Origin: an uncultured Gemmatimonadaceae bacterium
GTDB taxonomy: Bacteria > Gemmatimonadota > Gemmatimonadetes > Gemmatimonadales > Gemmatimonadaceae
Reading direction: 5' to 3'
Assembly (NCBI GenBank): GCA_963822945.1
Contig: CAWGJO010000027.1
Location: 1-64,000 of the forward strand
Length of the DNA stretch: 64,000 nt
Shown: piece after piece, positions 39,045 to 50,225 of the stretch
How positions within the stretch are numbered: position 1 is the stretch's first letter
Layout of the letters: every line of letters begins with the position of its first letter
Position numbers and translations under genes: made by a program
Notes under the pieces: model-generated
Told to the model about the DNA's origin: nothing
Seen by the model: only the letters and a program-made list of their open reading frames with translations
The model's database searches: none

Positions 39045-41405
39045 TCAGAAGCGCGCCGTCAAGTAGAGGTCTGCCCGCCACTGCTTGCGCGGATAGAGTC
39101 CGCGCGCGAGGTCGAATCGGATGAGCCCGTCCAGGATGCCCAGTCCAACTCCGACCCCGCTCATCGGACGCCCCACGTCGCGCATCCGCGTGCGGTCGCC
39201 GGTCCAGCCCAGATCGCCGAACAGGGACGGCTGCACACCATCGTGGTTGAGGCCCAGTTCGGCGCGCGTGAACCAGTAGGCATTGCCGCGCTGCAGCGTG
39301 TCGGGCTGCTGGCCGCGAATGGTATGGGCCCCGCCCAGATACCACAGCCGCTGCGCCGGCACCGCACCCACCGAACTCCCGCCCGACAGCGTGATCGTGC
39401 CGGCCAGCGGGCCGGCCGCGTCGGCGAAGCTGAGTTCCAGCGAGCCGCGACCGTACGCGGAGTCGCCGGTAGCCGCTTCGAGCCGCAGATCGGAGAGCAC
39501 GCGGAATCCCTGGGGATCCTCGCCGTGGCTCCCGCGCACCCGCAGCGCGCCGCCGGCATAGTTGCCACGCCGCGCCGTGATGTTCGGGATGAACGGTGCG
39601 CCCAGCGACCAGTGGTTCTTCACCGCCGCACTGCGCTCCTGTTCGGCGAACAGCCGCCAGTCGTAGTCGAGACCGCGCGTGTTGGTGCCCGTGAGTTCCA
39701 CGCCGGAGCTGCGGTAGTAGAAGCCCTCGTCGCGCCCGAACAGCAGGGCGGAGAGGGAACTGCCGAAGCTCAGCGGGTCTCCCCAGTCGCCCACGGCGTT
39801 GAGCCGGTTGTAGCCGGTGAGGCCGATGGTCGTGGCGCCGTTGCTCCGGTTCACGTTCAGTTCCGCATTCGGCTCCAGGTCGGCGATGCCGAGCCGCGCC
39901 GTGAGCGATCCCGCGTACCCGGCCCCGAACTGTTCATCTACCCGCGCCCCTACCGACAAGCCCTCGATGCGGTTGAAGCGCAGCATGTCGAGGCCGTAGT
40001 GCAGCGTGGGGGGCATCGGCGAGAAGTGCGCCTGGGCGGAGAGCGAGAGTGCCTGGGAAATGAGCGCGTCGCGTTCGGCGGTGCCGGCGAGATCCTCGCC
40101 CGGCTCGTAGATCGACTTGGGGAGCAGCGGCGAGGTGGCGAGCTGGGACTGGTCGCAGGGCACCTGGTAGGCCACGCGGAGCAGGCCGTCGTGCTCCAGG
40201 CGCGTCCGGGTGACGAACTTCGCCGTGTCGCACTGCGACACCGGTTTCGGCTTCAGGCCTTTGCGGATCGAGTCGCGTTGCGCGCGCTCCTCCGCCCGTC
40301 GCTCCCTGCGAAGGCTGTCCTTCACCGCCTCGGGCAGCGAATCCGGAATTGCGGGACGTTGCAGGGCGATCTGCGGCAACGAGTCGCGGCCATTCACCGA
40401 CGAATACTGGTAGCTCTGCTCCATCTTGAACGGGACGTGCATGAAGCTGACCTGGGCGTCGCCCTGCGCGCTCTGCAGCCTCGGCAGCCAGAACCGCCCG
40501 TTGTAGAGTCCGTACTCGATGGCGACGGCGGTCACCTGCGCGCGCATCGGCGACATCATGGCCTTCACCCAACCCGGGACGTCGTCCTCGTTGTCGTTGG
40601 CCTTGGCCTCCTCGTCGACCACCGCCCAGATGTCCATCGGAATCGACATTCGGAACGCGGCCCGCACGAGCTGCCCACTGGAGACGTCGAACCAGAGCGA
40701 CCCGACGACGACGTTCCACTTCGGGTGCCGCGGGCGCACTTTGAGTTCGCGCAGCTGGATGACTTTGCCGTCGGGCAGCCGGAAGCTCATCGAGTCGCCT
40801 GTGGCGTACGTGTAGTAGGCCTCGGCCCCGCCGGCCAGCGGGTGCACGATCTCGCGCTCGTCCACCTGCGCCTTGGCCACGCCGCCGCCGATCCAGAGCG
40901 ATTCGTAGCCCGGATAGTACGGAATGGTGCCCATGTCATCTTCGTTCATGCCGGCGTTGGCGGAGTCCTGCGCCTCGGAGGGGGCGATCGGGATGGCGGT
41001 GCGGGAGCCCTTCAGTTCCACCCAGGCGCCGACGCCGCGCTGCCAGCGCACACGTGTGGCGTCCTCGTGGCGGAACATCAGGCGATCGCGGCCGATGCTG
41101 CCGATGCCCAGGCCGGCGGAGATGCGCTGGTACGTGGTCGCGTCGTAGGAAACGAGCGCGGAGTCCTGCTGCATCCGGGCCGCGCGCGCCCTGAGCAACA
41201 GCGTCCGCGCCGCCGAATCCTTGAAGGCGGTGCGCAGCAACTCCGGGGTCAGGGGGATCCGGCGCGGGAGGTCCTTCTCACGCCGGGTCGTGTCGGTGCC
41301 CCCGATCGAAATCGAGACGGAGGCCGAGTGCTTCTTGCTGGAATCACGGCCCGCGTGGACCTGCACCTGCATGGCGAGCGCGGCGGCGGCAACGAGTGCG
41401 AACAT
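39045..41405 (-). CDS. Putative outer-membrane beta-barrel protein with a large N-terminal domain
   Basis: Signal peptide, RFNRIEGL, LGGAHTIRG (Omp85-like loop), alternating beta pattern, terminal LYLTARF. Confidence 0.7.
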   Translation of the reverse strand: MFALVAAAALAMQVQVHAGRDSSKKHSASVSISIGGTDTTRREKDLPRRIPLTPELLRTAFKDSAARTLLLRARAARMQQDSALVSYDATTYQRISAGLGIGSIGRDRLMFRHEDATRVRWQRGVGAWVELKGSRTAIPIAPSEAQDSANAGMNEDDMGTIPYYPGYESLWIGGGVAKAQVDEREIVHPLAGGAEAYYTYATGDSMSFRLPDGKVIQLRELKVRPRHPKWNVVVGSLWFDVSSGQLVRAAFRMSIPMDIWAVVDEEAKANDNEDDVPGWVKAMMSPMRAQVTAVAIEYGLYNGRFWLPRLQSAQGDAQVSFMHVPFKMEQSYQYSSVNGRDSLPQIALQRPAIPDSLPEAVKDSLRRERRAEERAQRDSIRKGLKPKPVSQCDTAKFVTRTRLEHDGLLRVAYQVPCDQSQLATSPLLPKSIYEPGEDLAGTAERDALISQALSLSAQAHFSPMPPTLHYGLDMLRFNRIEGLSVGARVDEQFGAGYAGSLTARLGIADLEPNAELNVNRSNGATTIGLTGYNRLNAVGDWGDPLSFGSSLSALLFGRDEGFYYRSSGVELTGTNTRGLDYDWRLFAEQERSAAVKNHWSLGAPFIPNITARRGNYAGGALRVRGSHGEDPQGFRVLSDLRLEAATGDSAYGRGSLELSFADAAGPLAGTITLSGGSSVGAVPAQRLWYLGGAHTIRGQQPDTLQRGNAYWFTRAELGLNHDGVQPSLFGDLGWTGDRTRMRDVGRPMSGVGVGLGILDGLIRFDLARGLYPRKQWRADLYLTARF

Positions 41406-41526
41406 CGTGGTGGGCTTGAGGTTCGCGGTTCCCTACGCCCGGGGCCGGGCCGGTGTTTCAGCGGCCGGGCCAGCCGGGAGGTGTTCGAAATCCCGACGCG
41501 ACCGAGCCTCCGGCTTCGGACATCCG

Positions 41527-41976
41527 CTATTTGCGGGTGTAAGTACGCGCTCCGTCGCCGATCGACAGGAAGAGCGTGTTCCAGCCGCCAAGCGACATTG
41601 TTCCCGTTCGTCCGCTGCCGGGGAACGAGAGGGTCCAGGATCCCGTTGCCAGGAGCTTGAATGTGCCCTGGTCTCTCGCCGTGAACGGGGTGCCGGTCGG
41701 GGTCCAGTAATAGGGGGCCGAGAAGACTCCGCTCGACGTAAAGGTGCCGGACTCAACGAGCGTCCCGTCGTTGTTGACGGTGAGCTCGTCGTTCACCACG
41801 ATCCCCATCGTATCGCCCCAAAACGGGGTGATTCTGACCGGCGGCTGCAGCCCGTCGAGACGGATCAGCGTCCAGGACCCGACTGGCGTGTTGCCCACTG
41901 GATCAGCGGGACTGCTGCCCCCACCGCACCCCACGACGAGAAGGAGCGCCACGAAGGCGAATCGATAGCCTTTCAC
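41527..41976 (-). CDS. Hypothetical lipoprotein (lipocalin-like fold possible)
   Basis: GTG start, LLVVGC lipobox, VGSWTL, terminal TYTRK. Confidence 0.6.
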   Translation of the reverse strand: MKGYRFAFVALLLVVGCGGGSSPADPVGNTPVGSWTLIRLDGLQPPVRITPFWGDTMGIVVNDELTVNNDGTLVESGTFTSSGVFSAPYYWTPTGTPFTARDQGTFKLLATGSWTLSFPGSGRTGTMSLGGWNTLFLSIGDGARTYTRK

Positions 41977-42178
41977 AACGGCCTCCAGAGAGGGGTTCAC
42001 AACGCGCGACAATCTTGCGTTGGCGACCCGGCAATCCGCTAGCCGCGACACAAATTAAAGATTTCTAACGAGAATCGCCGTGGAATCGGCGGGCCGGATT
42101 GCGCGACGCTTCCCTCCCGCGGACGCTCGCGACACGATGCCACCGGGGCCGCTCGCGGCTTCCGGCGGCGCCGGGTGG

Positions 42179-42826
42179 TCAATCCGACTCCAACACCTCG
42201 ACCGTCCGCTCCTCGACGTGGCGCCGCCGCGCCACCAGGTACACGATCACGCCGACCACCACCACGGCTACCATGAACGCGACATGGTACTTCTTGGGGT
42301 GCCAGCCGAGCGCGCGGCCGGTGCGGCCTACGAGCCACCCACCGGTGGTGAACACCAGCGCCCAGAGAATCGAGCTGATGGCGCTCCCGATGAGATAGAG
42401 CGCCAGCGGCAGCCGCGCGGCGCCGCAGGCGACGGGAAGGGTGAAGCGGAGACCGTACGCCCAGCGGACGGCCAGCGAGGATCGCCACGGATGGCGCCGG
42501 ACCACGCGCAGCGACCGGAGAATCACCCCGCGCAACACGGGCCAGCGCTCGCGGACCCATCGCCCGCGCCACCGCCCCAGGTAGTACAGCACGAGATCGG
42601 CGCTCCAGACCCCTGCGGCCACCCACAGGACGACGAGCGTGAACTGCAGGTCGTGGTTGTGCGCCGCCAGCCCGCCGACCATCGGCGAGGTCTCCTCGGT
42701 GATGATCCCGGTGGCGGCCAGGGTGACGTACGCCCACAGCCGCTCCAGGTGAGTGGAGGACTCGCTCAGGTGGGATAGCGTCTGCAGCAGCAGAGGGTGG
42801 ATCGTCGGATCTCCGGCTCGGGGCAC
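42179..42826 (-). CDS. DedA/VTT family membrane protein
   Basis: ITEE, ADLVLYYLGRWRG, RWAYGLR motifs. Confidence 0.8.
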   Translation of the reverse strand: MPRAGDPTIHPLLLQTLSHLSESSTHLERLWAYVTLAATGIITEETSPMVGGLAAHNHDLQFTLVVLWVAAGVWSADLVLYYLGRWRGRWVRERWPVLRGVILRSLRVVRRHPWRSSLAVRWAYGLRFTLPVACGAARLPLALYLIGSAISSILWALVFTTGGWLVGRTGRALGWHPKKYHVAFMVAVVVVGVIVYLVARRRHVEERTVEVLESD

Positions 42827-42910
42827 AGGGCCGGCGGGCCACCCGCCGGACCCGCAATTTAGCCTCCCGAACGCCGGGGTGGCGTCGGGAGAACCCGGCC
42901 CCGCGTCTCG

Positions 42911-45900
42911 TCAGTCGTCGCCCATGGCCGGCTGGCCCGCCACGCCCGGCGGAAGCTGGTGTTCGGCCGTGTGCGGCGGGTTCAACCCGAACTTCCGGGC
43001 CATGCCCGATCGCCATCCGTCCATGATCTCATAGAACGTCGGGATGACCAGCAGGGTGAGCAGGGTGGACGTGATCACTCCTCCGATCACCGCCACGCCC
43101 AGGGGGGCGCGGAATTGCGCCCCTTCCCCGCGGCCGAGCGCCACCGGGATCATGCCCGCGATGAGCGCGAACGTGGTCATCAGGATCGGCCGCAACCGGA
43201 TGGCGCCGGCCTCGATGAGCGCCTCGCGCAGCGGCGTGCCCTGTTCCTCACGCGACCACTTGGCGAAGTCGATGAGCAGGATGGCGTTCTTGGCCACGAT
43301 CCCCATGAGCAGGATCACGCCGATGAGCGACATGATGTTCACGGTGTTGTGCGTGAGGGCCAGCGCCAGCATCACGCCGATGAGCGACAGCGGCAGCGAG
43401 ATCATGATCGCCAGGGGATCCAGGAACGACCCGAACTGGACGACCAGGATCAGGTACATGAGCCCCACGGCGATGCCGAGCGCCGTGAAGATCTGTCCGT
43501 AGACCTCGGTCTGGTTCTGCGTGTCGCCGCCGTACGTCAACTCGACGCCCGGTGGAAGCTTGAACTTGGCCAGCCGCGCCTGGATGTCGGCCGAGACGTC
43601 GCCCGACGCGCGCCCCGAGGTATTCAGCTCCACGTTCACCACGCGCTGCCGGTCCAGGTGGTCGATGATCGCCGGCCCCACGCTGTCGCGGATCGTAGCC
43701 ACCTGTCCCAGCGGCAGCGTGGTGGGCAGCCCGTTGGCGCCCACTACCACCAGCGGCAGGTTGCGCAGGTCGGCCGCGCGCCGGCGGGCGTCGGGGGCGA
43801 GCCGGACCTCGACGTCGCGCGGCTCGCCGCTCGGGTCGATCCAGTCTCCGGCCTTGAGGCCCGCGAACGCGGGGCGCAGCGACTGCGCGATCTGTCCCAC
43901 GGTGATGCCGAGCGAGCCGGCGATGCCGCGGTTGAGTTCGATGTTGAGTTCCGGCTTCTCACCCTTGGTCGACAGCCCGACGTCCACGGCGCCCGGCACC
44001 TGCTTCACGATCCGCTCTACGGTATCCGCGGTCGCGTTGATCGTCGCCAGGTTGTCGCCGCGAATCTGCAGTTGCAGCAGCTTGCGGCCGCCGCTGAAGT
44101 CGTCGGTGAACACCGACAGGGTGACGCCCGCCACGTGCTTGGTCTCGTCGCGCAGCATCGCGGCGTACTGGGTGACGCTCACCGATCGATCCTCGCGCGG
44201 CACCATCTTCACGTAGATGTCGCCCTGGTCTACCTCGCCGGTGGTCTGCGTGCCGAGCGTGGAGTACGTGTGCCGCACGAGGGCGGTGTCGTCGCGGATG
44301 TAGCGGGCCACTTCCTCCGCCTTCAACCGCGTGTACTCCAGGTTCGAGCCCGGCGGCGTCTCGATATGCACCGTCAACTCGGCGCGATCGTCCTCGGGCA
44401 TGAACCCCAGCCCGACCGCCCCCATGGGAGGCACGAGGCGCGGCAGGAAGATGAACCCGGCGAGTCCGGCCAGTCCGATCACCGCGCGGGCCGCACCCGG
44501 CAGCCGCTTGCTGCCCAGCGCGTAGACCACGAGCGCCAGCCCCACCATCGCCGCGCCGAGTCCGCTCAACCCGCGGCTCGGCAGCAGGAACGCGGCGAAG
44601 AAGGTCCCGACGGCAATGGCCACCATGGCCGTGCGGTGGTCGAGCGCCCAGGCGACCACCTGCTTGTAGTTCTGCGCCTGCTCGTTGAACCAGTGGTTGA
44701 ACTTGAGCAGCTGCCGCGAGATCCAGGCGCGCTCGTGCGGCTCGCTTGTGCGGGTCGGCCCAGTACGCCGAAAGCATGGGGTCGAGCGAGAACGAGACGA
44801 ACAGCGAAACGGCGACCGCGCACGCGATGGTGAGCGCGAACGGTTTGAACCACTGCCCGCCGATGCCCGGCATGAACCCGATGGGCACGAACACGGCGAG
44901 GATCGAGAAGGTCGTGGCCGCCACGGCCAGCCCGATCTCGTCGGTGCCGTCGTGCGACGCGGTGTAGTGATCCTTCCCCATCTCCACGTGGCGCACGATG
45001 TTCTCGCGCACCACGATCGCGTCGTCGATCAGGATGCCGATGGCCAGCGACAATCCGAGCAGCGACATCGTCTCGAGCTTGAAGCCCATGGCCCACACGG
45101 CAATGAACGACGCCACCACCGACACCGGCAGCGCGAGCCCCGTGATGACCGTGGACCGCCACGAATTCAGGAACAGGAACACCACGAGCACGGTGAGCAG
45201 CGCGCCCTCGAGCAGCGCCTCCTCCACGTTCTTCACCGCCGCCGTGACGCGGACGCCCGAATCCTTGACGACCTCCATTCGCGTGCCGGAGGGCAGCGTC
45301 TTCTCGATTCGGGCCACCTGCTCTCGGATCTTGTCGCTCACGTCGGTGGTGCTGTACCCCTGGGCCTTCTTGATGTCGATGCCCACCGCCTGGCGCCCGT
45401 CGTAGAGCGCCATCGTGCGCGCCTCGGCGGTGCCGTCCTTGATGTCGGCCACGTCGCCAAGCCGAATCACCCGGCCGCCGCGCTCGGCGACGATGAGCTG
45501 CTTGAACTCATCCGGCGTCTGCAGGCGTCCCTTGAGCCGGATCGATCGCTCGTCGAGCGAGCCGATGACGCGCCCCACGGGCGCCGCCAGATTCTGCGCC
45601 TGCAGCGCCGCCACCACCTGCGCCACGCTCACCCCCGCGGCCTGCATGGCCGTGGGTTGCACCTCGACCGTCAGTTCCCGATCGACGTTGCCGAACACCT
45701 CCACGTCCGCCACGCCGGGGATGGCGCGGAGCTGCCGCGTGATGTCGGGGTCGGCCAGCCGCGTCAGTTCGGCGGGCGAAAGTACGGTGGACGAGAGGGC
45801 CAGCGACACGATGGGCCGGTCGGTGTCGTTGAACTTCTTGATCACCGGTTCCTTCATCTCGTCGGGCAGATCGGAGCGGATGGACGAGATCGCGTCGCGC

Positions 45901-46223
45901 GCCTCCTGCGTGGCGACGTTCAGGTCCTTGCCGAAGTAGAACTCGATCAGCACGCTCGCGTAGCCGTCGTACGCCTGCCCGGTGACCGTCTTCACCCCGT
46001 TGATGGCCGAGATCTGGTCCTCGACGGGCTTGAGGACCTGCTTCTCGACCACGTCGGGCGAGGCGCCCGGGTACGGAATGCCCACCGAGACGTAGGGCGG
46101 CGCGACGTCGGGAAACTCGTCGGTCTTGAGCTTGAACAGCGACACCAGCCCGAACACCGCCAGCGCCACCATGGTGACGACGGTGATCAGCGGCCGCTTG
46201 ATGGCAAAATCGGAAATGACCAT
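42911..46223 (-). CDS. RND efflux permease (AcrB/MdtB-like), frameshift at ~44741-44745
   Basis: ISDFAIKRP, GILIDDAIVVRENI in ORF 43959..46223; GIVAKNAILLID, RLRPILMTT in ORF 42911..44659. Confidence 0.92.
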
Positions 46224-46233
46224 GAGTCGCTCG

Positions 46234-47355
46234 CTACTCCTTGACGTCGGTGGGCGCGCTCACGTTCACCGGCGTGCCCGGCGAGATGCCGCGCGCGGCC
46301 CCCACGAGAATCGTGTCCCCGGCCGCGAGGCCGCTTCGGATCTCCACGGTCTCGGCCACGTTGTCCCGAATGCCGAGTTCCACGGCCACCGGCGTGGCCT
46401 TGCCCTGCCGCAACGCCGTCACCGTGGGGCGGATGCCCTTCTGGTCCACCGCCGACAGCGGAATCACGGTGGACTTCCGGCTCTGCGTGGACACGCGCCC
46501 CTCGGCGAACAACCCGCCCACCAGCGAATGGCCGTCATTCGGAATGCGGGCCACGAGTGACACCTGGCGCGTGGCCGGGTCGGCGGTGGGATTCACCCGC
46601 GTGATGCGGCCGGAGAAGCTGCGGCCCGGATAGCCGGTCACCTCGAAGCGCACCGGCAAGCCGACCTTCACCTCACCCATCTCGTTGGCCGGCACCGATG
46701 CCTCCAGGCGCATCGTGGCCGGGTTGACCAGCGAGAACATCGCGCCTCCGGGCGACATGTAGTCGCCGCCGCTCACGTTGCGCGCGCTCACCACGCCGTC
46801 GAAGGGCGCGGTCACCCGCGTCTTGTCGAGCGTCTTCTGCGCGTTCACGTACACGGCCTTCGCGTTGTCGAGCTGCGTCTGCGCCGCCATTGCCGCATTG
46901 CGCGCATTCTCCAGATCGCGGTCGGCGATGGCGCCGACCTTGATGAGCGCTTCGCTCCGCTGGAGGTTGCGCTGCGCGATCTCGTTGGCGTTCTGCGCCG
47001 TGGCCACAGCCGACTTGGCCGAGAGCGCCTGATCGCGGAATGCCGTGTCGTCGAGCCGGGCCAGCAGCTGGCCCTGGTGCACGCGCTGTCCCGCTTCGGC
47101 GTACGTCTCGAGCACGGCGCCCGCCACCTCGGCGCGCACCACCGCCTGCTGGTCGGGCTCGAGCGACCCCGAGATCACCGGGCCGGTCTCGATGGTGTGC
47201 AGCGCGACGACGACGATGTTCTCGGGTCCGATCGTCACGCCGGTGTCTGCCGGCTCGGCGTCCGCTGCCTTCCGACTGCATCCCGCCGCGCCGAGGACGA
47301 TGGCCGAGGCGAGCGCCAGGACGGCGGCTCGCGTGGTCTGGACCTTCACGTTCAT
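46234..47355 (-). CDS. RND periplasmic adaptor subunit (lipoprotein)
   Basis: MNVKVQ...GAAGC, VRAEVAG, VTAPFDGVV, GLFAEG; C-terminal part of the fused ORF 46234..49275. Confidence 0.9.
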   Translation of the reverse strand: MNVKVQTTRAAVLALASAIVLGAAGCSRKAADAEPADTGVTIGPENIVVVALHTIETGPVISGSLEPDQQAVVRAEVAGAVLETYAEAGQRVHQGQLLARLDDTAFRDQALSAKSAVATAQNANEIAQRNLQRSEALIKVGAIADRDLENARNAAMAAQTQLDNAKAVYVNAQKTLDKTRVTAPFDGVVSARNVSGGDYMSPGGAMFSLVNPATMRLEASVPANEMGEVKVGLPVRFEVTGYPGRSFSGRITRVNPTADPATRQVSLVARIPNDGHSLVGGLFAEGRVSTQSRKSTVIPLSAVDQKGIRPTVTALRQGKATPVAVELGIRDNVAETVEIRSGLAAGDTILVGAARGISPGTPVNVSAPTDVKE

Positions 47356-48993
47356 GGAGTGTTGCCCCCGGATTGCCCCGCCGTGCCGGCGGTGGACGGT
47401 ATGGTGCCCTGCGTCGCTGCCGCGCCCTGGCCCGGCGCGGTCGTCGTCATCGTCTGTGTGTTCTGTTGTGCGCCCGCGCCGCTCGCCGCCGACGCCCCCT
47501 GCTGCAGCGGCAGGTCGCGCAGCAGCGCCAGCCGCACGCGCGCCACGGCCATGTCCCGCGCCGCCTGCGCGCGATTGGCCGATGCCTGCTGCAGGAGCAG
47601 CCGCGACTGCGCCAGATCCGTCTGCGTGGACAGGCCCTCGCGGTACCGCACCTCGTCGATGGAGTACGCCTTCTGCGCCTGCTCCGACGTGCCGGCGCTC
47701 GCCTGCCACGCCGCCTCGGCCTGTTGCAGCTGGCGGAGCGCCACCCGCGCGTCGAGCGACGCGTAGCGCCGCGTCTGATCGAGCTGCGCGCGCGCCTGCT
47801 CCACGTTCGCCTGCGCGATCATCTCGTCGCCCCGCGTGCGCCCACCGCTGAACAGCGAGACCTGCGCGCTCACGCCCTACCGTCCAGTTCTCGCGGTAGT
47901 CGCTCCACGTGGGGAACGCGTTCTGCGGGAAATACAGCCGCTGGTAGCCCGAGGTGAGCGCGATGGCCGGATACCGCTCGGCCCGCGCCACCCGGAGCAG
48001 CCCCTGCTGGGCGCGCACGTTCTGCTCCGCTTCGCGCACCGCGGCCCGCCGGGCGGCCGCGGTGTCGGGCATGCTCGCGGTCGCGATTCCCGTGAGCGAC
48101 GGCACCGGCGCGTCCTCGATGGGCGTCGTCAATTCGATCGAATCGTCGAGCGGCAGCGCCAGCATCCGCTTGAGATTCAGCAGCGCCACGTCACGGTTCG
48201 TCTCTGCCTGCAGCAGCTGCGGCCGCTGGTTGTCGCGCGTCACCTGCGCCTTGAGCAGATCGAACTCGGAGGCGTTGCCCACCTGCCGCGCCACCTGCGT
48301 CTGGCGCAGCAGTTCGTTGGTCTGTGCCAGCGACGAGTCGGCGATCGCCACCAACTGCTGCGCGAGCACGGCGTCGTAGTAGGCCTGCGTCACATCGAGC
48401 GCGAGCTGGGCGCGCTGCGCGGTGAGCTCGATCTCGGCCACCCGCTGCCCCGCCTCGGCCGCCGTGCGCTGCCCCGTGAGCTTGCCCCACGTGAACAGAT
48501 TCTGCGACACCGAGAGCCCCAGCACGTACTGGTTCAGGGCGCCGAAGCCCACCTTCTGGAAGCTCGAGAGTCCGCTGCTCGACGACTGGCAGGTGACGGC
48601 CTGGGCCAGCGCCGCGTTGCGTTCGGCCGCGGTGGCGTTGGCGCCGATCTGCGGGGCGCAGAGCGCCGCGTTGGTGTTGGTCGTGGTATCCGCCCCACCG
48701 CCGATGTTGAACCCCGAGAACTGCGACCGCAGGGTGCGCGTGTACCCGGCGGTCGCATTGAGCTGCGGCAGGAACTGGCTGCGCGCCTGGTAGAACTGCC
48801 CCGTGGCGCGCGTGACGCCGGCGCGGGCAACGCCGATCACGCCGCTCTGCTGTTCGGCGGTGTGAATCGCGTCCTCGAGCGACAGCTTCCGCGGGCCGGG
48901 TGCCGTTCCCTGCGCGGCGAGCGGGGAGGCGCTCAGGGCCAGGGCGCCGAGCAGCGCGAACAGGCGCGCGCGTCTGGCGATCGGTTGTGGCAT
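47352..48993 (-). CDS. TolC-family outer membrane efflux protein, frameshift at ~47876
   Basis: LSLEDAI, ARSQFLPQL, VTQAYY, ARAERYP; continues in ORF 47352..47873 (SLFSGG, RYREGLSTQTDL). Confidence 0.88.
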
Positions 48994-49028
48994 GAGATCG
49001 GGAGTTGAAGGGTGGTGAAACACGCGCA

Positions 49029-49636
49029 TCAGGCCGCGGTGGCGTTCGACGTCCGGCTCGCGCGCCGTGGAACACCGACGGCACGCAGAAAGCAGCTGCG
49101 CGTAGCGCGCCGGGGCTTCCTCCGCGGGTTCCGGGAACGCGCCCGGCATCATCTCGCGACACATCGCGTCGCCGAACAGCGACGACATGAACATCGAGAT
49201 GGCCGTGTCCGTCTCGCCTTCCGGTTGCGCGAGGCTGGTGCGCCTTGAGGGCCTCGACGTAGCGGGCGAGCGCATCGCCCGCGCAGTGCGGCCCCCGGCA
49301 CGCCGCCTCGGCGGCGAGCGGACGCTCCTCCATTTCGCTCATCGATTTACGGAGGAAGGAGCGGTGTTGTGTCAGGTAGTCGAGCACCGACCGGCACCAT
49401 TCGGTGAGTTCGCGCGCGGGATCGACCGGGGCCGAGGGCAGTTCGGGCACCACGGCGGCGTCCGCCTGGCCGCGGGTCAGTTCCTCGAACAGCGCGTCCT
49501 TGGACCCGAACGTGCGGAACAGCGTGACTTCGTTGACACCGGCTTCGTTGGCAATGAGCCGGGTGGTGGCGCCGCGGTAGCCATGGAGGGCATACACCCG
49601 TGCGGCGGCCTCGAGAATTCGGTCGCGGATTTCCAT
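49029..49636 (-). CDS. TetR/AcrR family regulator, frameshifts at ~49235 and ~49091
   Basis: RILEAAARVYALHGYRGATTRLIANEAGVNEVTLFRTFGSKDAL HTH; C-terminus reconstructed across frames to TGA at 49029-49031. Confidence 0.85.
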
Positions 49637-49646
49637 AAGGACCCGG

Positions 49647-49687
49647 AGGCTAGCGAGTCCATATTCCGAATGCAAGTGGGTACTTGC
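49647..49687 (-). promoter_or_regulatory. Sigma-70-type promoter with overlapping palindromic operator for the TetR-efflux operon
   Basis: TTGCAT (49675-49670)-17 nt-TAGCCT (49652-49647); palindrome GCAAGT-GGGT-ACTTGC at 49672-49687. Confidence 0.7.
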
Positions 49688-49702
49688 TTTCGGCCTACCG
49701 GC

Positions 49703-50225
49703 TCATCGCTTCACGATGTCGACCACCGGTCGCGAGGTGGACACCAATCGGAATTCCCGCCACACGGCCCAGATGACCACCAGGTCCGCCACCGTCAGCG
49801 CCGCCATCGCCAGCGAGTGCGCCGAGGGCGAATCGATACGACTGATAGACGACGAACGCGCCCAGCACCACCAGCGCCGTGGGAAACGCCCAGTGCTTCC
49901 GACGGAGCAACCCTGCCACCAGCATCAGTTTCACGAGTCCGTGGGCCACGAGGTAGATGGCGGCGAATGCGGCGATGTCGCTGGTGAGATGCGCGGCCGC
50001 GCGGCGGAGCGCGTTGGCCACGACGTCCGATGGATCCTCCGAGATCTCGTTGGCGGTGAGAAAGCGTACCGCGGCGTTCAACGTGCGGGGATCGACGCTC
50101 AGGAACAGGAGGCCGCCGGCAATCTCGAGCAGGCCGTCGACCCCCTTGAGGATCACACTGACCGTGAAGACGCGATCGATGACGCGGGGCCGCGAGCCGC
50201 CGCTCCGCACGGGTCGATCGCTCAC
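49703..50225 (-). CDS. DUF2127-like membrane protein, probable frameshift at ~49824
   Basis: SVILKGVDGLLEIAGG, YLVAHGLVKL; removing one G restores HSLAMAALTVADLVVIWAVWREF to TGA at 49703. Confidence 0.75.

Noticed and set aside
46234..49275. Apparent 1013-aa TetR/TolC/adaptor fusion
   Set aside because: Produced by frameshifts; separate starts exist at 48993 and 47355, and the TolC C-terminus lies in ORF 47352..47873.
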